This document shows positions 36,994 through 46,146 of a DNA stretch of 64,000 nt, one piece after another. The first letter of the stretch is position 1. Every line of letters begins with the position of its first letter. The stretch covers positions 114,910-178,909 of the forward strand of contig JAUILN010000010.1 in NCBI GenBank assembly GCA_030432695.1, read 5' to 3'. The position numbers and the translations under genes were made by a program. Source of the DNA: a bacterium (GTDB lineage: Bacteria > Planctomycetota > UBA1135 > UBA2386). The notes below the pieces were generated by a model, which saw nothing but the letters and a program-made list of their open reading frames with translations, was not told where the DNA came from and did not search any database.

Positions 36994-38370
36994 TCAATCC
37001 CGCCCCGACCGCTCGTCGCTGCGGTACTCCTTGAGCCGGTAGAGCAGCTTCCGGCGACTGATCCCCAGTTGCCGCGCCGCCGCGCTACGGTTGCCCCCGG
37101 TGCGACGGAGGGCCTCGAGGATCGCCGTCTTCTCGAGATCGGCGAGCGGTGCGGCCCACGAGGTCATGGTCTCCGCGGGAACGGACGCCCCACTCGACGA
37201 GCGCCCGCGGAGCGCCGGCGGCAGATGTTCGGCGAGCACCACCTCCCCTGCGGAGAGCACCGCGGCCCGCTTCATCGCATTGGCGAGTTCGCGCACGTTC
37301 CCGGGCCACGCGGCGTCGAGCAGCACTCGCTCGGCATCGGGCGACAGGCGCTTGCGCCCCGCTCCGGCCTCGACGAGGAACCGCCGCGCCAGCGGCAGCA
37401 CGTCCTCGGGCCGCTCGCGCAGCGGTGGGATCTCCACGGTCAGCACGGCCAGCCGGTAGTAGAGGTCCTGGCGGAACGAGCCCTCCTCGACCATCCGCTC
37501 GAGATCGCGATGGGTCGCGCTGACCAATCGGAAGTCGATCTGCCGACCGTTCGACTCGCCCAGCCGCACGACCTGTCGTGACTCGACGACCCGGAGGAGC
37601 TTGGGCTGTAGATCGAGCGCGAGCTCACCCAACTCGTCGAGGAACAGCGTCCCGCCGTCGGCCGCCTGGAAGCGGCCGTCGCGAGCCGCGCCGGCGCCGG
37701 TGTACGCACCCCGCGCGACACCGAACAGCTCGCTCTCGACCAGCGTCTCCGGCAATGCCGCGACGTTGACCGGCACGAACGGGCCGGCGTCGGCTCGCGG
37801 GCTCCAACGGTGCACGAGTCCAGCGAGCACGTCCTTGCCCGTGCCGGTCTCGCCCAACAGGAGCACCGGCACCTCGCTGCGCGCTGCGCGACCGAGCTCG
37901 CGTAGGACGTCGCGGATCAGCGGCGACTCGGCAACCAGACCGGGCGGCAGATCGGGCAGCTCGTCGGCTGGAGCACGGGCCACGACACGCCCACCGCACA
38001 CCCCGTCGAGCAGGTCCTCCAGGCTGGCGAGATCGATCGGTTTGCGCAGGTAGTCGAGCGCACCCAGTTTCAGCACGTCGACCGCGTCGTCGAGATCGGC
38101 GTGGGCGGTCATCACCACGACCGGCGGCAGGTCACCGCGCTCACGCAGCAACCGCAAGGTTGACGGGCCGTCGAGACCCGGCATCCGCACGTCGAGCAGG
38201 CACAGCGCCGGAGGGTGGGCTGCGATCTCCTGCAGGGCCGCGTGACCATCGTCGGCAGTGCGCACCTCGCAGCCGAGGTCTTCGAGGAGCCCCCGCAGCA
38301 TGCGGCGCTGGCCGGGATCGTCGTCGACCACCAGGATCGGCCCGCTGCGTCGGGTTCCGTGCCCACTCAT
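36994..38370 (-). CDS. Sigma-54-dependent response regulator (NtrC family: REC + AAA+ + Fis HTH)
   Basis: REC ILVVDDDPGQRRML...LLDVRMPGLDG. Walker A LLLGETGTGKDVLA. GAFTGA-like GAYTGA and ESELFG. HTH AARQLGISRRKLLYRLKEY. Confidence 0.9.
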   Translation of the reverse strand: MSGHGTRRSGPILVVDDDPGQRRMLRGLLEDLGCEVRTADDGHAALQEIAAHPPALCLLDVRMPGLDGPSTLRLLRERGDLPPVVVMTAHADLDDAVDVLKLGALDYLRKPIDLASLEDLLDGVCGGRVVARAPADELPDLPPGLVAESPLIRDVLRELGRAARSEVPVLLLGETGTGKDVLAGLVHRWSPRADAGPFVPVNVAALPETLVESELFGVARGAYTGAGAARDGRFQAADGGTLFLDELGELALDLQPKLLRVVESRQVVRLGESNGRQIDFRLVSATHRDLERMVEEGSFRQDLYYRLAVLTVEIPPLRERPEDVLPLARRFLVEAGAGRKRLSPDAERVLLDAAWPGNVRELANAMKRAAVLSAGEVVLAEHLPPALRGRSSSGASVPAETMTSWAAPLADLEKTAILEALRRTGGNRSAAARQLGISRRKLLYRLKEYRSDERSGRD

Positions 38371-39653
38371 GCGATCTTCTCCGCCATCCCGAACAGCTCC
38401 AGGAGGAAGCGGCTGCCATGCGGGCTACGCGGCTCGTAGCTCAGCGCGAAGCCGTGGTCGACCGCGATCCGTCGAGCGATCGCCAGACCGAGCCCGGAGC
38501 CGCCTTCCCGACCGCTGACGTACGGTTCGAACAGGGTCTCCCGGATCTCCGGCGGCACACCGGGACCGTCATCCTCCACCACGAACCTCCCGCCACCGTC
38601 CGACTCGAACGCGAGCCTGACATGGCCGCGTCCGCCGAGCGCACGCGCCGCGTTGAGCAGCAGGTTGAGCAGCAACCGCCGGAGCTGCTCGGGGTCGGCG
38701 TCGACGCTCCAGCCGGTCGGCACGTCGACCTCGAGACGTCCGCCGTCCGCAGTGAACTCACCTCCGCACAGCGCCGCGAGATCGGCGGCCAGTGCATCGA
38801 CCGCCACCTGCGCACGTCGCAGCGAAGCCGGCCGACTCAACAACAGGAACTCGTCGAGCCGGGCGACCAGGCGATCCGACTCCTCGACGATGCTCCGCGC
38901 CACCGCCGGTCGCTCGCCGTCGGGGACCCGCCCACCGTGCAGCCGTTCGGCCAGGCCTCGGATGACCCCGAGTGGGTTGCGGGTCTCGTGCGCCAGACCG
39001 GCGCCGAGTCGGCGCAGCGTCTCCAGCCCCTCCAGCTCGGTCCGGCTGCGGGCGAGGTCGGCGCGCAGGCGGGCGGCGCGGGCCCGCCACCCCACCCCGA
39101 TCCCGAACCCGGCCACCAACAACGAGAGGACCGCCGCGACCGACCAGCCCCGGAACCGCGCCCGCGACCGCGCCTCCCGACGCGGCTCGGGATCCAGATC
39201 GACCAGCAGCTCCAGCTCGGCCGCGAGTTCGACCAGGTCGGCGTTGCGGCGCCCGCCGAACAGGCCGAACCCCGGCCCCAGCGGACGCAGCGGCCGGAAC
39301 CGGCGGCGGAACCGCTCCGGTCCCTCACCGACCGGTTCGCCGCTCGCAGCGAGCGACCCGACCGCCGCTCCCGGCTCCCCGATCGCGATCCAGGCCACGT
39401 CCAGCACCTCGCGGGTCTCGGTGATCGCGGCCGCGAGTTCGCGAAGATCGGCCCGCCCGCCCCGGCACTCGCGGATCGCCACCGCCTCGGCCGCCCCGGC
39501 GAGCGCATCACCGAGACGGCTCTGCTCGGCGTCGATGCGCCGCAGCTCTCGCCGCACCGCGACGATCTGCCAGACCACGATCGCGAGCACCAGCGCCGAG
39601 ACCCCCGCCAGCAATCCCCAAGGTCGATCGATGGACCTCCCGTCGCCGTTCAT
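38367..39653 (-). CDS. Sensor histidine kinase (NtrB/AtoS-like)
   Basis: TM helix. H-box LAHETRNPL. HATPase G2 box GSGLGLAIARRIAVDHGF. ATGA overlap with the downstream response regulator. Confidence 0.85.
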   Translation of the reverse strand: MNGDGRSIDRPWGLLAGVSALVLAIVVWQIVAVRRELRRIDAEQSRLGDALAGAAEAVAIRECRGGRADLRELAAAITETREVLDVAWIAIGEPGAAVGSLAASGEPVGEGPERFRRRFRPLRPLGPGFGLFGGRRNADLVELAAELELLVDLDPEPRREARSRARFRGWSVAAVLSLLVAGFGIGVGWRARAARLRADLARSRTELEGLETLRRLGAGLAHETRNPLGVIRGLAERLHGGRVPDGERPAVARSIVEESDRLVARLDEFLLLSRPASLRRAQVAVDALAADLAALCGGEFTADGGRLEVDVPTGWSVDADPEQLRRLLLNLLLNAARALGGRGHVRLAFESDGGGRFVVEDDGPGVPPEIRETLFEPYVSGREGGSGLGLAIARRIAVDHGFALSYEPRSPHGSRFLLELFGMAEKIA

Positions 39654-41104
39654 CGATCGAGCAGCTCGACCGCGTAGCGGATCGGCACTCCGAAGTTGGA
39701 GCCGTCGAAGCCTCGGGTGATGGCGAAGTTCACGCCGAGGACCTTGCCGGTCGAACCGAACACCGGGCCGCCCGAGCCGCCGCTGGTGGTCTCCGCGTCG
39801 TAGACCAGCCGGGACTCGCGCACCTCGCTGAGCACACCGCGGGTGATGATCGGCGAGACCGCGCCGCGCGCCGCGAGGCCGTCGATGATGCGGCCCAGAT
39901 CACCGGCCGACGCCGTGAGCACCTCGCGCGCCACGGCGGGATCGGTCTTGGCGAGCAGCGCATTCACACCGGTCGGATAGCCGACGACCAAGACCGTCTC
40001 GCCGCCCAGCTCCTCGGCATCGCGCGCATCGACCTCGAGCACCGGCACGTCGGCGGGGACGTCGGCGCGGAGCACCGCGACGTCGATGTCGTCCCCGGGC
40101 CTGAGCCGGGTCGACGCCGGATCCACCAACAGCGGCGAACCGCCCGGGAAGGTCGCGCTCAAGGCCAGCATCTGCGGCTCGAAGCCGCGCTCGATCAGAC
40201 CGGAGAAGGTCTCGTCGGCATCCCAGGGCACGGCGACGTGGCGGTTGGTGACGATGCGCCCTTCGCCGAGGTGGAAACCGGAACCGGTGTAGTCGATGCG
40301 CAGCGGCTTGCCGGACGCGTCGGTCAGCACGTCGGCACCGGGACTGCGCGCCGCCTCGGGCAGCTTCATGCCCCACACGCCATGGATCAGACAGGCCGCA
40401 CGGCTCTGGCGGAGCAGCACGTCGCGGACCACGTCACGGACCGCCGCCAGCTCGTCGACCTCGGCGGAACGCTCGGCGAGTTCGACGCGGAGTTCGTCGA
40501 TCTCGGCCTGCAGCACCGGTCCGAGGTCGCGCTCGCGCAACTCGGCGAGCTCGGTGCGCAGGGCCTCGAGCTCCGGGCCCAGCCGCTTCGACGCCGAACG
40601 GCCGCCGCCGAGCCATCCGAACCCGAACCCCAGCCCGACCAAGGCCACCACGAGCAGCGGGAAGCCGATCTTCAGGGTAAGCGTCGCCTGGGTCAGCAGG
40701 TCTCGGACCAGGCTCTGTCCCGACGCGACCACCCCGCTACTGCGACCGACCGCCACCGCGTCCTCGACCATCCGCCGGACCGGCTTGCACGCGCGGCCAT
40801 TGCCCTGCCACACCCGGAAGCGGGCCTTCGGCCCCCCGACGCCGAACTCGATCAGGTCGCCGCTCTTCAGGATCGCCTCCTCGACCTGACGGTGTTCGAC
40901 GAACACCTGGCCACCGCGCGCCTCGATCAGGAAGTCGCAGCCGCAGTCGTCGAAGCGGATCACCGCGTGCTCGGCGGCGACCCCCGAGTGGGTCGGGAAG
41001 CGCACGTCCGCATCCACCGCCGAGCCGATGCGGATCGTCGGGCCGGCCGGCGTGTCGGTCCGGCCACGGCGCGAGCCGGAGAGATGCAGGAGCTGGGCGC
41101 GCAT
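39650..41104 (-). CDS. FHA-domain-containing membrane-anchored trypsin-like serine protease (S1C/DegP-like)
   Basis: N-terminal FHA (TIRIGSAVDADVRFP...GDLIEFG). TM helix. Coiled coil. Protease His GRIVTNRHV and Ser TTSGGSGGPVF. The stop overlaps the HK start. The track ORF extension to 41740 is spurious. Confidence 0.8.
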   Translation of the reverse strand: MRAQLLHLSGSRRGRTDTPAGPTIRIGSAVDADVRFPTHSGVAAEHAVIRFDDCGCDFLIEARGGQVFVEHRQVEEAILKSGDLIEFGVGGPKARFRVWQGNGRACKPVRRMVEDAVAVGRSSGVVASGQSLVRDLLTQATLTLKIGFPLLVVALVGLGFGFGWLGGGRSASKRLGPELEALRTELAELRERDLGPVLQAEIDELRVELAERSAEVDELAAVRDVVRDVLLRQSRAACLIHGVWGMKLPEAARSPGADVLTDASGKPLRIDYTGSGFHLGEGRIVTNRHVAVPWDADETFSGLIERGFEPQMLALSATFPGGSPLLVDPASTRLRPGDDIDVAVLRADVPADVPVLEVDARDAEELGGETVLVVGYPTGVNALLAKTDPAVAREVLTASAGDLGRIIDGLAARGAVSPIITRGVLSEVRESRLVYDAETTSGGSGGPVFGSTGKVLGVNFAITRGFDGSNFGVPIRYAVELLDR

Positions 41105-41140
41105 CGACCAGGATGCTACGGCCCGCGCTATCCTGCCGCC

Positions 41141-42625
41141 ATGCGACCGATCGGAGCCCTCCTGATTTGCGGCCTGCTCGCCGTCCTGCTGCCGGCCCAG
41201 TCGTCGCGCGAGCCCTTCGAGGAATGCTCGGTCGGCGTGGCCTGTGGCCGGGCCACAGCCGACGGCCGACCGCTGCTCTGGAAGAACCGCGACGCGACGG
41301 CCCGCGACAACGTGATCCGCGCCTTCGACGACGGGAAGCACCGATACGTCGCGCTGTGCAACGCCGGCAGCACGGGCAGCAGCGTGTGGGGCGGCGCCAA
41401 CGCGGCAGGGTTCTGCATCATGAACTCGGTGTCCCGCGACCTCGCGGGTGACAACGGCGAAGGGCCGGGCAACGGACCGTTCATGAAGCTCGCGCTGCAG
41501 AGCTGTGCCAGCGTGGAAGAGTTCGAGGAGCTGCTCGAGAGCACCGCGACCAGCGGGCGACGGACCCGGGCCAACTTCGGGGTGATCGACGCTCGCGGCG
41601 CCGCGGCCGTCTTCGAGACCGGCCATGCGCACCACGTCCGCTTCGACGCCGACGATGTGGAGTCCGGCATCCTGCTGCGCACCAACTTCGCGACCACCGC
41701 CGACGGCGACCGGGGCCGCGAGCGCTTCGCCAGGGCCCACGCGATCTGTCGGTCACTGCCCGGACCCGAGGGCCTCGACCACCGCTTCCTGCTGCGCCGG
41801 TTCCAGCGCGACCTGACCCCGCCGCCGAGCGCGCTCGCGAGCCAGGATGAACGACAGGACGTACGCGAGACGATCCACCGCCAGACCACCGTCGCGTCGA
41901 TGGTCTTCCACGGGGTCCGCGCCGACGAAGCGCCTGAGGTGACGACGATGTGGGCCGTCCTCGGTCAGCCGCTGTTCTCGATCGCGGTGCCCTGCTGGCC
42001 GGGCGAGGTCGGTGTCTCCCCGCTCCTCTCCGGAACCCGGAAGCAGCCGCGCAGCCCGCTCTGCGACGCGGCGATCGGCCTGCAGACGGGCTTCTACGAG
42101 GAGCCGCGCGATGCCCTTGCCGAGGCGAACCGCGACGACGAGGTGGCCGGCGCGGTGCGTTGGCTGCACGTCGGCGACGAACTGGCGGCACTCGGCAGGG
42201 AGCGGGACGCGGTCGAGGACGAGATCCTCTCGATGGTCGAGACCCGACGCACGACCGACGTCGAGCGCCTTCGTGCAATGCACGACCACGCGGCCCGGCG
42301 CGCGCTCGATGCGCTCCGCGCGTTCGACAGCCGCTTCGACCCCCTCGACGTGGTGCGGGTCCACGGCCGCATCGCGGTCGGCGGCGAGATCGAGGAGCCG
42401 TGGATCCTCGAGATCAACCACGCGCGGTTCCGGATCGCGGCGGAGAGCTTCGACGTCACCGTGCCGACGGCACCGGAGTACCGCCTCCGCGTGGAGCTGC
42501 CCGGGCATGCGCCGCTGACCAAATCCCTGCCGGCCCAGGACGTCGTGGACGACGCGCTGCAGGTTCCGACGTTGCGCCCGCGGGCGCTGCCGGAGCCCGC
42601 GCTCGGCACAGGTGGCAGGCGTTAG
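41141..42625 (+). CDS. Secreted Ntn-hydrolase family protein (choloylglycine hydrolase / peptidase C45 / NAAA-like)
   Basis: Signal peptide followed by CSVGVACGRATADGRPLLWKNRD, the Ntn nucleophile-Cys pattern C-[ST]-x...DG...G-[KR]-N-x-D. Confidence 0.65.
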   Translation: MRPIGALLICGLLAVLLPAQSSREPFEECSVGVACGRATADGRPLLWKNRDATARDNVIRAFDDGKHRYVALCNAGSTGSSVWGGANAAGFCIMNSVSRDLAGDNGEGPGNGPFMKLALQSCASVEEFEELLESTATSGRRTRANFGVIDARGAAAVFETGHAHHVRFDADDVESGILLRTNFATTADGDRGRERFARAHAICRSLPGPEGLDHRFLLRRFQRDLTPPPSALASQDERQDVRETIHRQTTVASMVFHGVRADEAPEVTTMWAVLGQPLFSIAVPCWPGEVGVSPLLSGTRKQPRSPLCDAAIGLQTGFYEEPRDALAEANRDDEVAGAVRWLHVGDELAALGRERDAVEDEILSMVETRRTTDVERLRAMHDHAARRALDALRAFDSRFDPLDVVRVHGRIAVGGEIEEPWILEINHARFRIAAESFDVTVPTAPEYRLRVELPGHAPLTKSLPAQDVVDDALQVPTLRPRALPEPALGTGGRR

Positions 42626-42807
42626 CGCACGCAGCCTACCGTCTCCTCTGCGCCCCTGCGGGAATCCGGGCCCGCTGTCACCGCCACGAACCCGTCGGTC
42701 GCGACGACTACGTACCGCGGAACCCGCGGAATTGTCGAACCGCGCAGGCGAGGCTGGACCCTCTCCCCATCAGCACTCGGACTCCATCCGGCCCCGTCCT
42801 TCCAGCG

Positions 42808-44352
42808 ATGACCCTCCCCCACACTCCGCGCGCCACATGGCGGATCTCCGCGGCGGTAGCGACAGCGCTCGCCGCTCCGTTCGCAGCGGGCCAAGCTCCG
42901 GAACTATTCCGGGTCTACCCGACGCGCACGCAACCCCTGACCGGCACTCCCTTCGCCGTGGTCGCTGCCGACTTCGACGGCGACGGTGACCGGGACGTCG
43001 CGGCGTCGAGCGACAGCGCCGGCCTCCGGCTGTTCCGCAATGACGGCCTCGGCAACCTGCCGATCGATCTGCTCGCCACGGTCCTGACCGGCCGGATGCT
43101 CGATCTGCACGCCGTGGATGTGGATGGCGACGGCGACCTCGACATCGTCGGTGCAGAGGCTTCGATCGTGCTCCGCAACGACGGACGGGGTCGGTTCACG
43201 AACGACACCGCGGCGATCCCCTCGGGGGCACTCGCGCGGACCACCGAACTGGCGGTCGTCGACCTCGACGGCGACGGCGATCTCGATCTGGTCCACACCG
43301 GACAGGACGCGCCCAAGGGCGCGCTGTTCAACGACGGCGCCGGGCGGTTCCTCGATCTGGGACCCAGGTTCGCGGCCGACCCGTTCGTCTCCCGTACCGT
43401 CGCAGTGGGCGACGTCGATGGGGACGGCGACGTCGACGTGGTGTTCGCCGGCTACCGGCCGACGCCCCCCTACACAGAGTCGTCGTCGTTGCACCTGAAC
43501 GACGGCACCGGCCACTTCACGATGGCCAACGGCCACGGCCTGCGGACGTTCGAGGTCGGTGCCTCCAGCTCCGCGTTGACCGACGTCGATGGCGACGGCG
43601 ACCTCGACTACCTGATCGCGCAGTGGTCGGGATTCGGCACCTCCCAACCGGGAGTGCGCATGCTGCTGAACGACGGTTCCGGTCACTACACCGAAGCGCC
43701 GGCGGGCATGCTTCCGGCCGATCAACCGAGCTTCGCAGGCGAGCTCCGCGCAGCCGACGCGGATCGGGACGGCGACATCGACCTGCTGGTGTTCTTCAAC
43801 CGCGACCCGGCCCTTTGGCTGAACGACGGACGGGGTGCCTACACGATCGCCAGCAACGGTGTGGTCCCAGCGATGCCCGATCCCGACGCCGTGCTCTACG
43901 ACGCGGTCTGGGGCGATCTCGACGACGACGGCGACCACGACCTCGTGTTCACGACCAGCACCAACGGCAGCGGGATCGTGCCCTGGTTCAACCAGTCCGT
44001 GCAGATCGACGCCACGACCGAGCCGCGACTCGGACAGTCCTTCGGCATGCAGATCTCGCGGCGCCCCCTGGGCAGCGCCAACCTTGCGGTCGCCGTGCCG
44101 CTGGTTGCCGACACCCGGACCCGCATCGAGCTGCCCTCGCTCGGCGTGCTCGGTCTGATGCCCGGCCGGGCCCTGGCGCTTCCTCCGGTGCTGCTGGCCC
44201 CGAACGGTGGCGCGACCGGCTTCTCGATCGCGGTACCCGACGATCCCGACCTCGAGGGTGTCGAGATGTTCTGGCAGGCCGCCATCCTCGAGAGCGGGCC
44301 CGGCGCCGCCGACCGGCTCACCAACGTCTGGCCGAGCCGCATCCTCCGCTGA
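42808..44352 (+). CDS. Secreted FG-GAP/VCBS-repeat protein with the shared C-terminal domain
   Basis: Signal peptide. Seven DxDGDGDxD repeats. C-terminus LGVLGLMPGRALALPPVLLAPNGGATGFSIAVPDDPDLEGVEMFWQAAILE...SRILR. Confidence 0.85.
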   Translation: MTLPHTPRATWRISAAVATALAAPFAAGQAPELFRVYPTRTQPLTGTPFAVVAADFDGDGDRDVAASSDSAGLRLFRNDGLGNLPIDLLATVLTGRMLDLHAVDVDGDGDLDIVGAEASIVLRNDGRGRFTNDTAAIPSGALARTTELAVVDLDGDGDLDLVHTGQDAPKGALFNDGAGRFLDLGPRFAADPFVSRTVAVGDVDGDGDVDVVFAGYRPTPPYTESSSLHLNDGTGHFTMANGHGLRTFEVGASSSALTDVDGDGDLDYLIAQWSGFGTSQPGVRMLLNDGSGHYTEAPAGMLPADQPSFAGELRAADADRDGDIDLLVFFNRDPALWLNDGRGAYTIASNGVVPAMPDPDAVLYDAVWGDLDDDGDHDLVFTTSTNGSGIVPWFNQSVQIDATTEPRLGQSFGMQISRRPLGSANLAVAVPLVADTRTRIELPSLGVLGLMPGRALALPPVLLAPNGGATGFSIAVPDDPDLEGVEMFWQAAILESGPGAADRLTNVWPSRILR

Positions 44353-44382
44353 CCTCCCGCCGCATCCAGGAGTCTCGATCCC

Positions 44383-46041
44383 ATGAACTTCGTCCGTCTC
44401 ACCCGATGCGTGCTGACCACCGCTGCGGCGTCGCTCTGTCCGACCGACGCCGTGGCCCAGCTGAATCTCCTCGCCGACCTGCTGCCCGGTAGCCAGCCGA
44501 GCAATCCGCGAGACTTCTTCGAACTCGACGGTCGCACGCTGTTCCTCACCGCGGAGTACAACGGCCCCGCCCGGCTCTGGCGGACCAACGGCACCACCCA
44601 GAGCACGCGGGAGGTCGCGACGCTGGGCACGTTCGGATCGCCGCGAGCCTTCGTGCTCGGCTCGCGTGGCGTGCTGGTCCTGGGATCGAACGTCGCCCCG
44701 CTCGAGATCTGGCGCACCGACGGCACCGCGTCCGGGACCCAGGCCATCGAGACCATCGGGACCGAGTTCGGGCGCATCGACCAGGCCCACGCGGTCGGTG
44801 GCCGGGTGTTCTTCGTGCACGAGGTGTTCGCGCCGGGGTCGCCTCGCCTGCAGGTCCTTCATGCCACCGACGGCCAGCTCGGCGGGACTGTCCGCCTCGG
44901 CGAGTTCCTGGAAATCGGCGAACTGCTGGTGTTCGACGACGAGGTGGTGTTCCTCGGCCGAACGCTCACCGAGGGCCGCGAGCTGTGGCGCTCCGACGGG
45001 ACGGTCTCCGGCACGCAGATGCTGGTCGATCTCGCGCCCGGCGCCGCCGACGGTCTGGAGACCGACCCGATCGCGTTCCGCGGCCGCATCTACTTCGTGA
45101 AGCGCGATGGACAGGACGACGACGCGGTGTGGATCAGCGACGGGACCGCCGCCGGCACGCGTGAGTTCGCCCGCGTCTTCTCGCTGGCGCAGCAGATCGA
45201 ACTGGTCGGCGGGGCCACCGACTTCGTGTTCCTCCGCGCCAACCACGGCGGCTCCTACAACGACTACCACGCGATCCACCGCCTCGACGGCACGACCCGA
45301 TACGTCGGTGTCGAGGAGCGTCTGCACAGCGGCTTCGAGTTCCGTGACCGTCTGCTCGCCCGTGGCAGCGTCCAGGGAGCGAACGGCCTGTACGAACTCG
45401 ACGAGACGGCGACGAGTCCGCGCTTCCTGGCGGCACTGGGAACGTACCGACCCGAGGACGAGACCCTGGTGAGCGGTTCGCGACGCGTCTACCTGACCTC
45501 CGGAGGCCAGGTCTGGCTGACGGGCACCGACGTGCCGACGATCCCGCTGAACCAGGACGTGTCCGGAGCGTCCGACCTGACGATCATCGATCGATCGCTC
45601 TACTGCACGGGACGGACGACCAACTCGCTGTGGGAACCCTACGTCGGCCCGGTCGGGGCCTACGCGATCCCGGCGGGCTCCGGCGTGGGAAGCGGTCTGC
45701 GGGTGCCGGAACTCCGCAGCGAGGATCCCTTGCCCGGCGCGACGATCACGATCTCACTGCGCGACGCCACTCCCGACACCCCGGTCGGTCTCGCCGTCGG
45801 CTTCCACCCACCCGCGCCGCTGAGCCTAGACCGCGACGCGACGATCTACGTCGACCCGAACCGTTCCACGACCATCCTGGGTCGCACCGACGCGACGGCA
45901 CATTGGAGCACGACTGTCCAGGTCCCCGACGATCCGTCGCTGATCGGACTGCGCCTGACCCTGCAAGCGCTGGTGCAAGGCTCTCCCAGCCCGCGTGGCT
46001 ACGAGCTGAGCAACGGCCTGGTGCTCCGCATCGGGCGCTGA
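44383..46041 (+). CDS. Secreted ELWxxDG-repeat protein with the shared C-terminal domain
   Basis: Repeats RLWRTNGT, EIWRTDGT, ELWRSDGT, AVWISDGT. C-terminus ATIYVDP...VQVPDDPSLIGLRLTLQALVQG...LRIGR. Confidence 0.8.
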   Translation: MNFVRLTRCVLTTAAASLCPTDAVAQLNLLADLLPGSQPSNPRDFFELDGRTLFLTAEYNGPARLWRTNGTTQSTREVATLGTFGSPRAFVLGSRGVLVLGSNVAPLEIWRTDGTASGTQAIETIGTEFGRIDQAHAVGGRVFFVHEVFAPGSPRLQVLHATDGQLGGTVRLGEFLEIGELLVFDDEVVFLGRTLTEGRELWRSDGTVSGTQMLVDLAPGAADGLETDPIAFRGRIYFVKRDGQDDDAVWISDGTAAGTREFARVFSLAQQIELVGGATDFVFLRANHGGSYNDYHAIHRLDGTTRYVGVEERLHSGFEFRDRLLARGSVQGANGLYELDETATSPRFLAALGTYRPEDETLVSGSRRVYLTSGGQVWLTGTDVPTIPLNQDVSGASDLTIIDRSLYCTGRTTNSLWEPYVGPVGAYAIPAGSGVGSGLRVPELRSEDPLPGATITISLRDATPDTPVGLAVGFHPPAPLSLDRDATIYVDPNRSTTILGRTDATAHWSTTVQVPDDPSLIGLRLTLQALVQGSPSPRGYELSNGLVLRIGR

Positions 46042-46100
46042 GCAACCCGCGGTTGCCGGGAGCGGGCAAGTGGGCACCCGATGACGATCGGGTGATCCCT

Positions 46101-46146
46101 CGAATCTGTCGTGGTCGGTGCCTGGCACCAACTACGACAGATTCTG
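46101..46146. terminator. Bidirectional terminator-like hairpin between convergent genes
   Basis: cgaatctgtcgtggtcggtgcc / tggcaccaactacgacagattctg: ~21-bp imperfect stem. Confidence 0.45.

Noticed and set aside
39650-41740. Full 696-aa extent of the FHA-protease ORF
   Set aside because: The first ~210 codons overlap the divergent Ntn-hydrolase gene in antisense and lack coding bias. The FHA domain and a plausible start begin at 41104.
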